25,346 nt of DNA from a virus (lineage: Duplodnaviria; Caudoviricetes), in the IMG/VR virus record IMGVR_UViG_3300005805_000445, positions 1 through 25,346 of that record; one strand, 5' to 3'. The notes under the pieces were generated by a model. The model was not told where the DNA came from. It ran no database searches and was given only the letters and a program-made list of their open reading frames with translations. How positions within the stretch are numbered: the stretch's first letter is position 1; each line of letters begins with the position of its first letter. Shown in pieces: positions 14,601 through 22,322 of the stretch. The translations under genes and the position numbers were made by a program.

Positions 14601-17600
14601 TACAAAGATCTGGAATAGTTGGGGTACATTCTACTGCAAATCTAACTTTAATTGTTGATGAGTATCTACCAGAAACATTATATTATGGTTTAGTCCCCAT
14701 ATCAGATGGCATTTCTCCTTTGGAAAAAACAGAGGCATCTTATGATGGTACTGTTGATTCTTATAATCAACTTCAAATAAAATATAGTCTCTATAACGGT
14801 CCTCGTAAAGTTTCTGTTGCCACATCAACATCATTTACATATTTCCTCCCAACCGAACCAGAAAAATCATCTTACATATCATCAACTTCAGATTTAAAAT
14901 ATTCCACAAATTCTTTATCTGCATATGGTCCTATTGAAAATGTAAAAATAACAAATAAAGGTTTTAACTATTATTCATTACCAGGAATATCAACTATAAT
15001 TTCTTCTATTGGTAATGGAGCAATATTAGAGACTTTTAGTGATAATATAGGTAAAGTTAAAAAAACAAAAATAATCAATGTTGGATTTGATTTTCCATCC
15101 GACAAAACACTAAGTCCAAAAATTTCTCTACCAAAAGTTATAAAAATTGATAGACTATCATCATTCGAATCTATTGGAGTCACTTCTTTAGGTAGAGGTT
15201 ATGTTTCTGCACCAAAACTGTTGGTATTTGACGGCAAAACTAAAAATCTTGTCCCAGAAGTTGATTTGAGTTATAAGATTGGAGAAACTAATGTAACCAT
15301 TAAAAATAACACTTATGGAATAAGCGACACTACACCTATTATTTTACCAATACAAAACTCTAATGGAGTTGGTATAGCAACTATAGCATATAATCCAACA
15401 AATAAAAAAGTAACTGTTGGATTATCCACTGGATTTAGTACTGTAGAATCATTCCCATTCAAAGTCAATGACAGAGTTTTAATAGAAAATATCAGTGTTG
15501 GTGTTGGATCAACTGGAAAAGGATTCAACTCAGAAAATTACAACTATCAGTTGTTTACATTAACTGAAGTTGATCCTAGCATTGGTGGAATAGGATCGGT
15601 TACTTATAGTTTAGATGGATATTTAAATGATTCCGATTTCCCAGGAACATTTAGTCCAACAAATTCTGCGGGAAGAATAATCCCAGAAAAGTTCTTCCCA
15701 GTTTTTAACATTGTTCTAAAGAAAAATGAGTACAAAAAAGGTGAGATTGTTCAATCTGGAGAATCTACTGGTATTGTAGAAAACTGGGATTCTATAACAA
15801 ATTACCTGAAAATAAGTACTAAAGATACTTTCAAGGTCGGTTCTCATATTAAAGGATTGTCATCAAAAACTCAAGGTATAGCTTCTTCAATAACTGAGTT
15901 TGATTGCTACGCAAAGATAGATTCAACTTCCAAATTTGAAAATGGATGGCAAACTGATGCTGGATTTTTAAATGACAATCTACAAAAAATACAGGATAGT
16001 CTATATTATCAAAACTTCTCATATTCTCTAAAATCCAGAGTTGATTATGATACTTGGAATGATGCAGTAAGCACACTAAATCATACGGTAGGATTTAAGA
16101 AGTTTGCAGACTATCAACTAGAATCTAAAGTTTCTGAGGATACTAACACATCTCTAACGGTTGGAGTTTCAACTCAAACTACCGGTGTTGATGTTATAGT
16201 TGATATGGTTGGATATGGAAACTTGAATTGTGTTCCAGATTTTGATATAGCAAGAGAAAACTCTTTGAGAATATCTTCAAGAGTATTTTCAAACCAAATA
16301 TCTTTTGGAAATAGAGTTCTGACAGATTACTTTGAATCTTTTGGAAATAGAGTTCTATCTATAGATGACTTTAGCTCACAATTTAATAGCAATCCTCGCC
16401 CAACAGCGTATAGTGAAGTTCATAGATTTGATTTGAGAACAATACGAGCTCAAAAATACATAACATATATTAAAGATAGAAGATATACTGGACAAAGACA
16501 GGTCTTGTTAGTTTCTTTACTTCATGACGATTCTGTTGCTTATTTAAATCAATATGGAAGAGTAGAAACTGCATATGATCTGGGATCTTTTGATTTTGCA
16601 GTAGATGGTTCGGAGGGCATTCTTCGTTATTATCCATCAAGATATACTATAAATGATTATGATATTACCACTTTATCTTATAACATAAAAGATGATTTTG
16701 TTGGCGTCGGAACAACCTCTATCGGATCTATTGCTATAATAGATACTTCTAGCGCGACAACTGTTGGTATTGCTACGACAACTATCGTTAGTTTTGCAAC
16801 AACTACTTATACCTCAGCGAAAATTTTAGTAGAAATATCTTCCAATGGAAAATATGAGTTTGATGAGTTAAGTATTGTTCATGATGGTACAAATGTAGAA
16901 CTTATTGAGTATGGACAACTAGTGTCATCATTACCTACTTATTCTTCAAGTGGGTATGGCACATATTATTCATACATCTCAGGATCAACTTTAAAAATTG
17001 ATTTTATACCAAATTCAACTGTAGGATCTGCGACAACCATTAATACAATAAAAGTTTCGTTAGCAGGAACTTCCACAACTGGTATTGGAACTATTGACAT
17101 AAAACATGCCCGTCTAGAAGCGAGAACTATTTCTATTCCATCATCAGCTTCTCCCGGAATATCTACTATTTTAAGTTTTTCAGGAGAATACAATGGTGCT
17201 TATTGCTTAGTTCAGGTTTCTGATTTAACTAACAATAGACATCAGTTCTCTGAGGTTATTTTGGTTAATGATGATGCAACTGAAGATGCATTTATTACTG
17301 AATTTGGCAATCTAGAGACATACGTAGGTCTTGGCACTATCGGAGCATCAGTGACCGGTATTGGACAAACAACTCAGTTGATATTCCGTCCATTACCAAA
17401 TATCCAAACACAGGTTAAGGTTTATGCAAACATTTTGAGAATTCAAGATGATACTAAAGATATTGTAGATTTGAATAGTGGAACTATAGAAACAAATTAT
17501 GGGACATACTATGGTACAGAAAGAGATCTGAGAAGATCTTTTGACCTAACTCACAAATCCTATCCAATTTTTGAGAGATATTTCTCTGGATTTAGTTCTT

Positions 17601-20600
17601 CTGTTATTAACACTGCAGACAATACTATAGAACTTCCAAGTCACTTCTTTGTGACTGGCGAAAAGGTCATTTACAACTATGCGGGGGCAGGAACAACTCA
17701 AGCAGTTGGAATAGCAACTACTACAATAACTGGTCTCGGATCTACCGATAAGCTTCCTACAGAACTTTATATTGTTAAGGTAAACGAAAACAAGGTAAGA
17801 GTTGCGGCTTCTGCAACTGATGCATTGAAATCTATTCCAAACACTTTAGATTTAACTTCAGTTGGAATTGGTACTTCTCATAGATTTACTGGAGTCAATC
17901 AAAACTCTAAAGTATTAGTTGCTTTAGATAATATTATCCAATCTCCAGTTGTTGCTACATCGCAAACAACTACTTTATCGAAGAATTTATTCACTACCGA
18001 AGATATTTTATTTGTTAGTGGAATAACATCTTTCTTTGGCGGAGATTTGATAAGACTTGATAATGAGATTATGAGAGTTGATGCTGTTGGCATTGGAAGC
18101 ACTAATGCTATAAGAGTCAGAAGACCATGGTTAGGAACTGTTGTTGCTGGATATGCGACTGGTTCCTTAGTAACTAAGGTTACGGGAACTTATAATATTG
18201 TTAGTAGTAATATCAACTTTGTGGAAGCACCTTACGGTAATATTCCAATATCATCAACAACAAATCCACCAGATGAAAGAGATTGGACTGGAATAGCAAC
18301 TGGATCCAGTTTCCAGGGAAGAACTTTCATGAGATCTGGAATAACCAATGGTTCCAATGAAGCTTATTATAAGAACTATGTTTTTGATGATGTGTCAAGA
18401 TCTTTTAATGGCACCAATAGAACATTTACTTTAAGATCTTCTGGAATAAATGTTTCTGGTATCTCCAACGAAAATGCCGTTATTTTAATAAATGATGTAT
18501 TCCAAGGACCAGGAACAGATTTGGATTATACCCTGATAGAAAACTCAGGAATTACCTCCGTTAGATTTGCTGGGACCGCATCTTCAGTTTCTTATGATGT
18601 AAACACTTCAAATCTGCCTATAGGTGGAATAATACTTTCTGTTGGATCTACTGAAGGATTTGGATATCAACCTTTGGTTGCTGCAGGAGGAACTGCTATA
18701 GTTTCTGGACTCGGAACTATATCTTCAGTAAGTATTGCTAATAGTGGATCTGGATACAGAGTAGGAGTACAAACAGTAAGAGTTGGAGTACAAACATCAG
18801 ATAATAATGGATCATATCTCAAGTTTATTGGGACTGCCGTTGTCAGCAATGGAAATGTAGTAAGTATTGGTATTACAAATCCAGGAATTGGTTATACTTC
18901 ATCTAATCCACCAAAAGTTGTTATTGACAACCCACTTTCATACTCAGATATTCCTCTATTCTACAGTAGTTCTTCTTCCTCCGGATCTGGAGCATCAGCA
19001 ACTGTTGATGTAGTTGTCGGTCAAGGATCAAGTGTTATTAGTTTTGAGATTAAAAATACTGGTTATGACTATAGAGAGGGAGAAATACTAACAGTTCCTA
19101 TTGGTGGTTCAACCGGCATACCAACAACATCATCATTTAAAGAATTCCAGTTAACAATACAAAATGTATTCTCGGATAAGTTTACTGGATGGTCTATTGG
19201 GGAACTTCAAACGCTTGATGATATTTCAGACCTCTTTGATGGCGAAACAACTACTTTCCCATTAAAAGTTTCGGGAAATCTAATCTCCATTAAAGCAGCA
19301 AAGGGATCTAATATTAATGTTCAAGATCTTCTCTTAGTATTTGTAAATGATATACTACAGGTTCCTGGTGAAGGTTACATTTTTGAGGGTGGAAGTATTA
19401 TTACTTTCACGGAAGCACCAAAAGGAACAAGTCTAGGAATTCCTGGAACAAATGATAAATGTAAGATTATTTTCTATAGAGGAAGTGGATCTGTTGATGT
19501 TCTAGAAAGAAACATACTAGAAACTGTTAAGATTGGCGATGGACTTACCTTTGGATACGATTCCTCACTTGGACAACCACCAACTCTTCAAGAAGAGGAA
19601 AGAACAGTTACTTCAATAGTGGCAACTGATTTGGTCAATACCAACCCATACTTTGGACCAGGAAATACTGAAGATGAATCTATTGCTAGAACTATAACTT
19701 GGTGTCGTCAAACTGAAGACAAGATAATTGATGAAAAAGAGATCTCTAAAGATAGAATGCTATATGAGCCCGTTATAAATCCCGTTGCATATTTGACAAA
19801 AACAGTCGGTATAGGATCTACTATCGTTTATGTTGATAATCTCAGACCATTCTTCAACCAAATCAATGAAAGTAGCACTAGTTTAACCTTCCAAAAAGAG
19901 ATCACATTTATTTCCCAAGATATCAAGACATCAGCAGCAGCAACTGCAATAGTTTCTACTGCAGGAACAATAACCTCTGTGGTTGTTAGTGATGGTGGTT
20001 TTGGATATTCTGCTGCCCCAACAGTAATATTTGAAAATCCAGTTGGTTTGGGAACAACTTACAGAGCTTCTGGTATTGCTACTATTTCTTCTGCGGGAAT
20101 AGTAACATCAATCTCCATTGTTGGAATGGGAACTGGATATTCTCAAGAAAATCCACCAATAGTCTTCATTGAACCACCAAAATCTGTTTCAGAAACAAAT
20201 ACTGTTTCTCAATATCAAGGAGACTTCGGTAGTATAGTTGGAATTTCGACAACTTCTGTTGGGGTTGCAGTAACAGGCATTGTTTTTGATCTTTCTATTG
20301 AAAAAGATTCTTTCCTAAGAAATGCTTCAATAACTGGAGTAACAACTATCAGTGGAATAACAACTGGAGATTATTTTGCTGTTTATAACACAAATATTGG
20401 ATTGGGTGTCACATCACTTGACGAAAGCAATCAAATCATAGGTATTGGAACGACTTGTTTAGATAACATTTATAGAGTTGCTGCAGTTTCCATAGCACAA
20501 ACAGGTGCTCCTGGACTTGGTATTACCTATGTTGCTAGAGTTACTGTTAGTATTTCTGGTTACAATAGTTTAACTGGACTTGGGCGAAGTTCATTCTTTG

Positions 20601-20749
20601 GAAACTATAGTTGGGGAAGAATTGATCTTGATTCAAGATCTGCTCAAAATTCTTTCAATGCATACACCAGATCGGCATATGCAGGAATATCGACAGGAAC
20701 GCTGGTTAGAAGATCAAAGTCTCTGAAGTATTTTAATTACATCCCATAA
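8654..20749 (+). CDS. gp7: giant baseplate wedge initiator (gp7-like, 4031 aa)
   Basis: Between gp6 and gp8; NQLPQYV..EF...YY N-terminus, LIKQLKDFYKSKGT..SFEILFKSLYG, IQDSLYYQNFSYSLKS; repeated GSGY beta modules. Confidence 0.85.
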   Translation: MTEKRVQFKDIVKNQLPQYVKEEFPLVGEFLSQYYLAQEFQGAPVDLIQNIDKYIKVDAVTNLTDFTLLGSDISSIDTEITVDLLNSEKGTDGFPEKYGLISIDNELILYESKTLNGFSNCYRGFSGAVSYKNTNVGIASTYKLRSFDELIFKDSDSDPHTSGTKIYNLSSLFLKEFLIKLKYQLTPGFENRSFTEGIQESTLIKQLKDFYKSKGTDQSFEILFKSLYGEQVKVLRPKDVLFRPSDAQYKITNDLVVEKISGPVEELPNLTLFQNTYQNIPEAYGPITEIENVVSDDGKVFYKLKIDGGYNRDPAFDGAIYGKFSVHPKTRTIGRYEPTSVTLDVDSTVGFPSSGEVVVTYQDGESGIVSYSSKNLTQFLGCTNITDVILDNSIVGVNTYASAVTGFGTEIKVRINSILSGVDWPEDSHYYSKEDTARIKTLGFDGEDVKSKHWVFNISPTYEVESYTLVDFSDQTYSLTLKNNHVFRLGDKIEIIDSSGNIKDSTVVDVFSSKNISISGQGPLNDDFYKVKRNLLKANLSNFNLPNSLTANVQNVYRDEEKALVASSSLPYYPNQSLDINNRSVTFSGTFSGSTFKITSLVDHGFYTGDCVYYSPEKTTVSTLDADGNEQVETVVSSSLFGEGYYFIKRVDANQVKFARSRSDILYGKYLSLENSTTINNNTLTPYEFYDKTINTQKLFREVSPPIVTTEKYETPHGFTGILVNGVEILNYKSRDKVIYGPIEKVDVLSNGSGYDIINPPQLVISDSVGSGATGYCAVSGSLQEIRIIDPGFDYQEVPTIKITGGNGTGAQARSNMKVISHEVTFNSEVQSGLVGLGSAVSTIGFSTDHKFKNGEEVIYRTYSQTAVGGLSTDAVYYVSRKSSTSIKLHRTLNDSIIGVNTVSLTSYGSGNHVFESTTKKLALASVTIVNSGFGYQNKKRSVSSSGISTSLDIITIEDHDFSSGEIVQYSTTGSAIGGLTNNANYYVTKVDNDRFRLSQVSSGSSDYFYQTKQYVDLTSKNDSVHYFNYTPISVELIGNVGLSSEYKAQIQPIFRGEITSVNLESKGSSYGVDDILNVDRQPLFTTISGSNAELHPIILNGQIKEVLVNNVGKNYTSSPDLIVTGSGFGAVLTPILSNNQIIEVKVISGGSGYSQNSTQIVAVHTGSGANFNARIKTWTVNNFQKYINNITKDDGFLTNGLNPNFELQYTHIYAPRKLREILYSVDQGGNTLYSNSDLRISNNAEIPSTDHSPIIGWAYDGHPIYGPYGYSTKSGGSVSQLKSGYKISLNSHRPSLQYYPEGFFIEDYKYYPNVDDTVLDENNGRFCVTPEFPNGTYAYFATIDDSSVESSGPFVGYKKPIFPYLIGKSYNSKPNEFNFKRSSNQDEIDLNQTNWIRSTYSYNLTENESTYEYITLPNRLNQTIDITGVSPGSIDRIGIFSGGDGYKVNDPLVFNNIDTNGKVRGNALSAVVSGLSGKTVSNISVASSTLYDVEIYPSKNKGDYVVYNLTPHNFKNFDLVSISGLSTTSSLIEGNYIAGIQTHKLSLVGVGTTTVGIASVGITGIVTYISVRGNLDFSNIRDNDVFTINSEKIKVLNVDTISSRLRILRQVNGTVGTSHSVTSVLYEDPRKVIIKAGFNTEYSYSVNRQIYFNPKDSVALGTSAAVGVGTTISFSNPGAGVTQIFAPNRSIYLPNHNLNTNDVLTYETNGGSPIVISYTGIGTTTLATNSSLYAAKISNDLIGLSTVAVGLGSTGFFSGLTTSTGLLYFVGIGTGTNHSFKTNYSVLTGQISRNTVTVSTAQTHGLSNDDVVEIDVNPSISTSFVVKYDDYNRKLVINPKTFTASDIDVTTNSITISNHGLNSGQKVIHTSPSPSSGLVNEGIYYIVFVDKNTIKLSDSYFNSKNKKPSIVDITSASLGTISPVNPPLELYKDSIVTFDLSDSSLSYVYQSIRYPAFRLEIYKDPLFKNIFDSSEKSRTFNVQRSGIVGVHSTANLTLIVDEYLPETLYYGLVPISDGISPLEKTEASYDGTVDSYNQLQIKYSLYNGPRKVSVATSTSFTYFLPTEPEKSSYISSTSDLKYSTNSLSAYGPIENVKITNKGFNYYSLPGISTIISSIGNGAILETFSDNIGKVKKTKIINVGFDFPSDKTLSPKISLPKVIKIDRLSSFESIGVTSLGRGYVSAPKLLVFDGKTKNLVPEVDLSYKIGETNVTIKNNTYGISDTTPIILPIQNSNGVGIATIAYNPTNKKVTVGLSTGFSTVESFPFKVNDRVLIENISVGVGSTGKGFNSENYNYQLFTLTEVDPSIGGIGSVTYSLDGYLNDSDFPGTFSPTNSAGRIIPEKFFPVFNIVLKKNEYKKGEIVQSGESTGIVENWDSITNYLKISTKDTFKVGSHIKGLSSKTQGIASSITEFDCYAKIDSTSKFENGWQTDAGFLNDNLQKIQDSLYYQNFSYSLKSRVDYDTWNDAVSTLNHTVGFKKFADYQLESKVSEDTNTSLTVGVSTQTTGVDVIVDMVGYGNLNCVPDFDIARENSLRISSRVFSNQISFGNRVLTDYFESFGNRVLSIDDFSSQFNSNPRPTAYSEVHRFDLRTIRAQKYITYIKDRRYTGQRQVLLVSLLHDDSVAYLNQYGRVETAYDLGSFDFAVDGSEGILRYYPSRYTINDYDITTLSYNIKDDFVGVGTTSIGSIAIIDTSSATTVGIATTTIVSFATTTYTSAKILVEISSNGKYEFDELSIVHDGTNVELIEYGQLVSSLPTYSSSGYGTYYSYISGSTLKIDFIPNSTVGSATTINTIKVSLAGTSTTGIGTIDIKHARLEARTISIPSSASPGISTILSFSGEYNGAYCLVQVSDLTNNRHQFSEVILVNDDATEDAFITEFGNLETYVGLGTIGASVTGIGQTTQLIFRPLPNIQTQVKVYANILRIQDDTKDIVDLNSGTIETNYGTYYGTERDLRRSFDLTHKSYPIFERYFSGFSSSVINTADNTIELPSHFFVTGEKVIYNYAGAGTTQAVGIATTTITGLGSTDKLPTELYIVKVNENKVRVAASATDALKSIPNTLDLTSVGIGTSHRFTGVNQNSKVLVALDNIIQSPVVATSQTTTLSKNLFTTEDILFVSGITSFFGGDLIRLDNEIMRVDAVGIGSTNAIRVRRPWLGTVVAGYATGSLVTKVTGTYNIVSSNINFVEAPYGNIPISSTTNPPDERDWTGIATGSSFQGRTFMRSGITNGSNEAYYKNYVFDDVSRSFNGTNRTFTLRSSGINVSGISNENAVILINDVFQGPGTDLDYTLIENSGITSVRFAGTASSVSYDVNTSNLPIGGIILSVGSTEGFGYQPLVAAGGTAIVSGLGTISSVSIANSGSGYRVGVQTVRVGVQTSDNNGSYLKFIGTAVVSNGNVVSIGITNPGIGYTSSNPPKVVIDNPLSYSDIPLFYSSSSSSGSGASATVDVVVGQGSSVISFEIKNTGYDYREGEILTVPIGGSTGIPTTSSFKEFQLTIQNVFSDKFTGWSIGELQTLDDISDLFDGETTTFPLKVSGNLISIKAAKGSNINVQDLLLVFVNDILQVPGEGYIFEGGSIITFTEAPKGTSLGIPGTNDKCKIIFYRGSGSVDVLERNILETVKIGDGLTFGYDSSLGQPPTLQEEERTVTSIVATDLVNTNPYFGPGNTEDESIARTITWCRQTEDKIIDEKEISKDRMLYEPVINPVAYLTKTVGIGSTIVYVDNLRPFFNQINESSTSLTFQKEITFISQDIKTSAAATAIVSTAGTITSVVVSDGGFGYSAAPTVIFENPVGLGTTYRASGIATISSAGIVTSISIVGMGTGYSQENPPIVFIEPPKSVSETNTVSQYQGDFGSIVGISTTSVGVAVTGIVFDLSIEKDSFLRNASITGVTTISGITTGDYFAVYNTNIGLGVTSLDESNQIIGIGTTCLDNIYRVAAVSIAQTGAPGLGITYVARVTVSISGYNSLTGLGRSSFFGNYSWGRIDLDSRSAQNSFNAYTRSAYAGISTGTLVRRSKSLKYFNYIP

Positions 20750-20752
20750 ATA
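20745..20752 (+). promoter_or_regulatory. T4-type late promoter
   Basis: CATAAATA overlapping the gp7 stop, 16 nt before the gp8 ATG. Confidence 0.75.
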
Positions 20753-20768
20753 GATAAAAAACTCAAAA

Positions 20769-22316
20769 ATGTCCGCAATTATAACTGATCAGATTAGAAT
20801 ATTAAACGCAAAGAATTTTGTTGCTGGCGTAGCTAATTCTTCTAATTCATATTATTCTTTCATTGGACTTCCCAATCCGACCGATTATCAGTCAGATTGG
20901 GATGAAAATCCTCCTGCACCAAAAGACAATTTTGATCAGGAGAATGATTATTGGGATAGTATGATTGCTTTGAAGAAGATTACTTCTTCTGATATAAGAC
21001 AAGTAGTTCCAAAAAGAGTTTGGTCATCCGGCAATACATACGACATGTATCGCCATGATTATAGTAGAACGAATGTTGCTAAAGTTTCTGGGGCAACAAA
21101 CCTATATTCCGCATTCTATTTTGTGATGAATAGTGAATATAGAGTATATGTTTGCCTACAAAATGGGACTACACCAGAAACTCCTAACGGGAAACCATCT
21201 TTAGATGAACCTACATTTACAGATTTGGAACCAAGAGCAGCAGGATCTAGTGGTGATGGATATGTTTGGAAATATCTTTTTACAATCAGACCCTCAGATG
21301 TTGTAAAATTTGAATCTACCGATTTCATTCCTGTCCCATCCGATTGGGCAACTTCCACAGATAATGCGGCAGTGAGAGGAAATGCGGTTGATGGATCAAT
21401 AAAAATAGTAACAGTAACTAATAGAGGAGTTGGTTTAGGAACGGCGAATAGAACCTACACAAGAGTTCCTATTAAGGGAGATGGAGTAGGAGCTGAGTGT
21501 ACAATAGTTGTCAACAATGATAGTCAAGTAGAATCAATAGTAGTTTCTAATCAAGGATCTGGATATACTTATGCTAATGTAGATTTAGTTTCTGGTAATT
21601 TTCCCACCGGCACAACTAGACCAACATTCGATGTAATAATTTCTCCAAAAGGAGGGCACGGATACGATATTTACAGAGAACTTGGTGCTTATAATGTTCT
21701 TTTGTATTCAAGAATAGAAAACAATAATGAGAATCCAGACTTTATTACTGGCAATCAAATTGCAAGAGTTGGGATTGTAGAAAATCCAGAAGTAACCACA
21801 GGGACTTTGCTGAGTGCTGAGAGAGCTAGCGCATTAAATGCTCTTAGACTTACCGGTACTGGTTACAGTTCAGCAAGTTTTACCTCAGATTCTTATATAA
21901 CACAAACTGTATCAACTGGAACAACTGCAGTTGGTAGAGTTATCAGTTACAATCAAACCACAGGAGTATTGAAGTATTGGCAAGATAGATCTTTATCTGG
22001 ATTTAATACTGTAGGAGTAGCTCAAACACAACCATCTTATGGATTTGATTTAACTGAGTTTACAAGTTCCCCCGGATCGGGTGGATCAGTTTCTATTGTT
22101 GGAGGATCAGTAAACCTGTCAATAGATATTGCATTTAGTGGTATATCTACCATAATAAATAATAGAACATACTATCTTGGACAAACTTTTACTAATGGAG
22201 TTTCTTCACCAGAAGTAAAAAGGCATTCGGGAAACATTATTTACGTTGATAATAGACCTTCTATTACAAGATCATCAAATCAAAAAGAAGATATTAAAGT
22301 CATTTTGCAGTTCTAA
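20769..22316 (+). CDS. gp8: baseplate wedge subunit gp8
   Basis: MSAIITDQIRILNAKNF, YDMYRHDY, YRVYVCLQNG, DGYVWKYLFTI, C-terminal SGNIIYVDNRPSITRSSNQKEDIKVILQF. Confidence 0.92.
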   Translation: MSAIITDQIRILNAKNFVAGVANSSNSYYSFIGLPNPTDYQSDWDENPPAPKDNFDQENDYWDSMIALKKITSSDIRQVVPKRVWSSGNTYDMYRHDYSRTNVAKVSGATNLYSAFYFVMNSEYRVYVCLQNGTTPETPNGKPSLDEPTFTDLEPRAAGSSGDGYVWKYLFTIRPSDVVKFESTDFIPVPSDWATSTDNAAVRGNAVDGSIKIVTVTNRGVGLGTANRTYTRVPIKGDGVGAECTIVVNNDSQVESIVVSNQGSGYTYANVDLVSGNFPTGTTRPTFDVIISPKGGHGYDIYRELGAYNVLLYSRIENNNENPDFITGNQIARVGIVENPEVTTGTLLSAERASALNALRLTGTGYSSASFTSDSYITQTVSTGTTAVGRVISYNQTTGVLKYWQDRSLSGFNTVGVAQTQPSYGFDLTEFTSSPGSGGSVSIVGGSVNLSIDIAFSGISTIINNRTYYLGQTFTNGVSSPEVKRHSGNIIYVDNRPSITRSSNQKEDIKVILQF

Positions 22317-22322
22317 GGAATT

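Noticed and set aside
8654-20749. Intein or intron as the cause of gp7 size
   Set aside because: Single uninterrupted ORF; I saw no LAGLIDADG/HNH or intein splice motifs; the size is explained by repeated beta modules.
22154-22161. AATAAATA inside gp8 as a late promoter for VrlC
   Set aside because: Within coding sequence (IINN) about 160 nt from the next start; easily arises by chance in AT-rich DNA.
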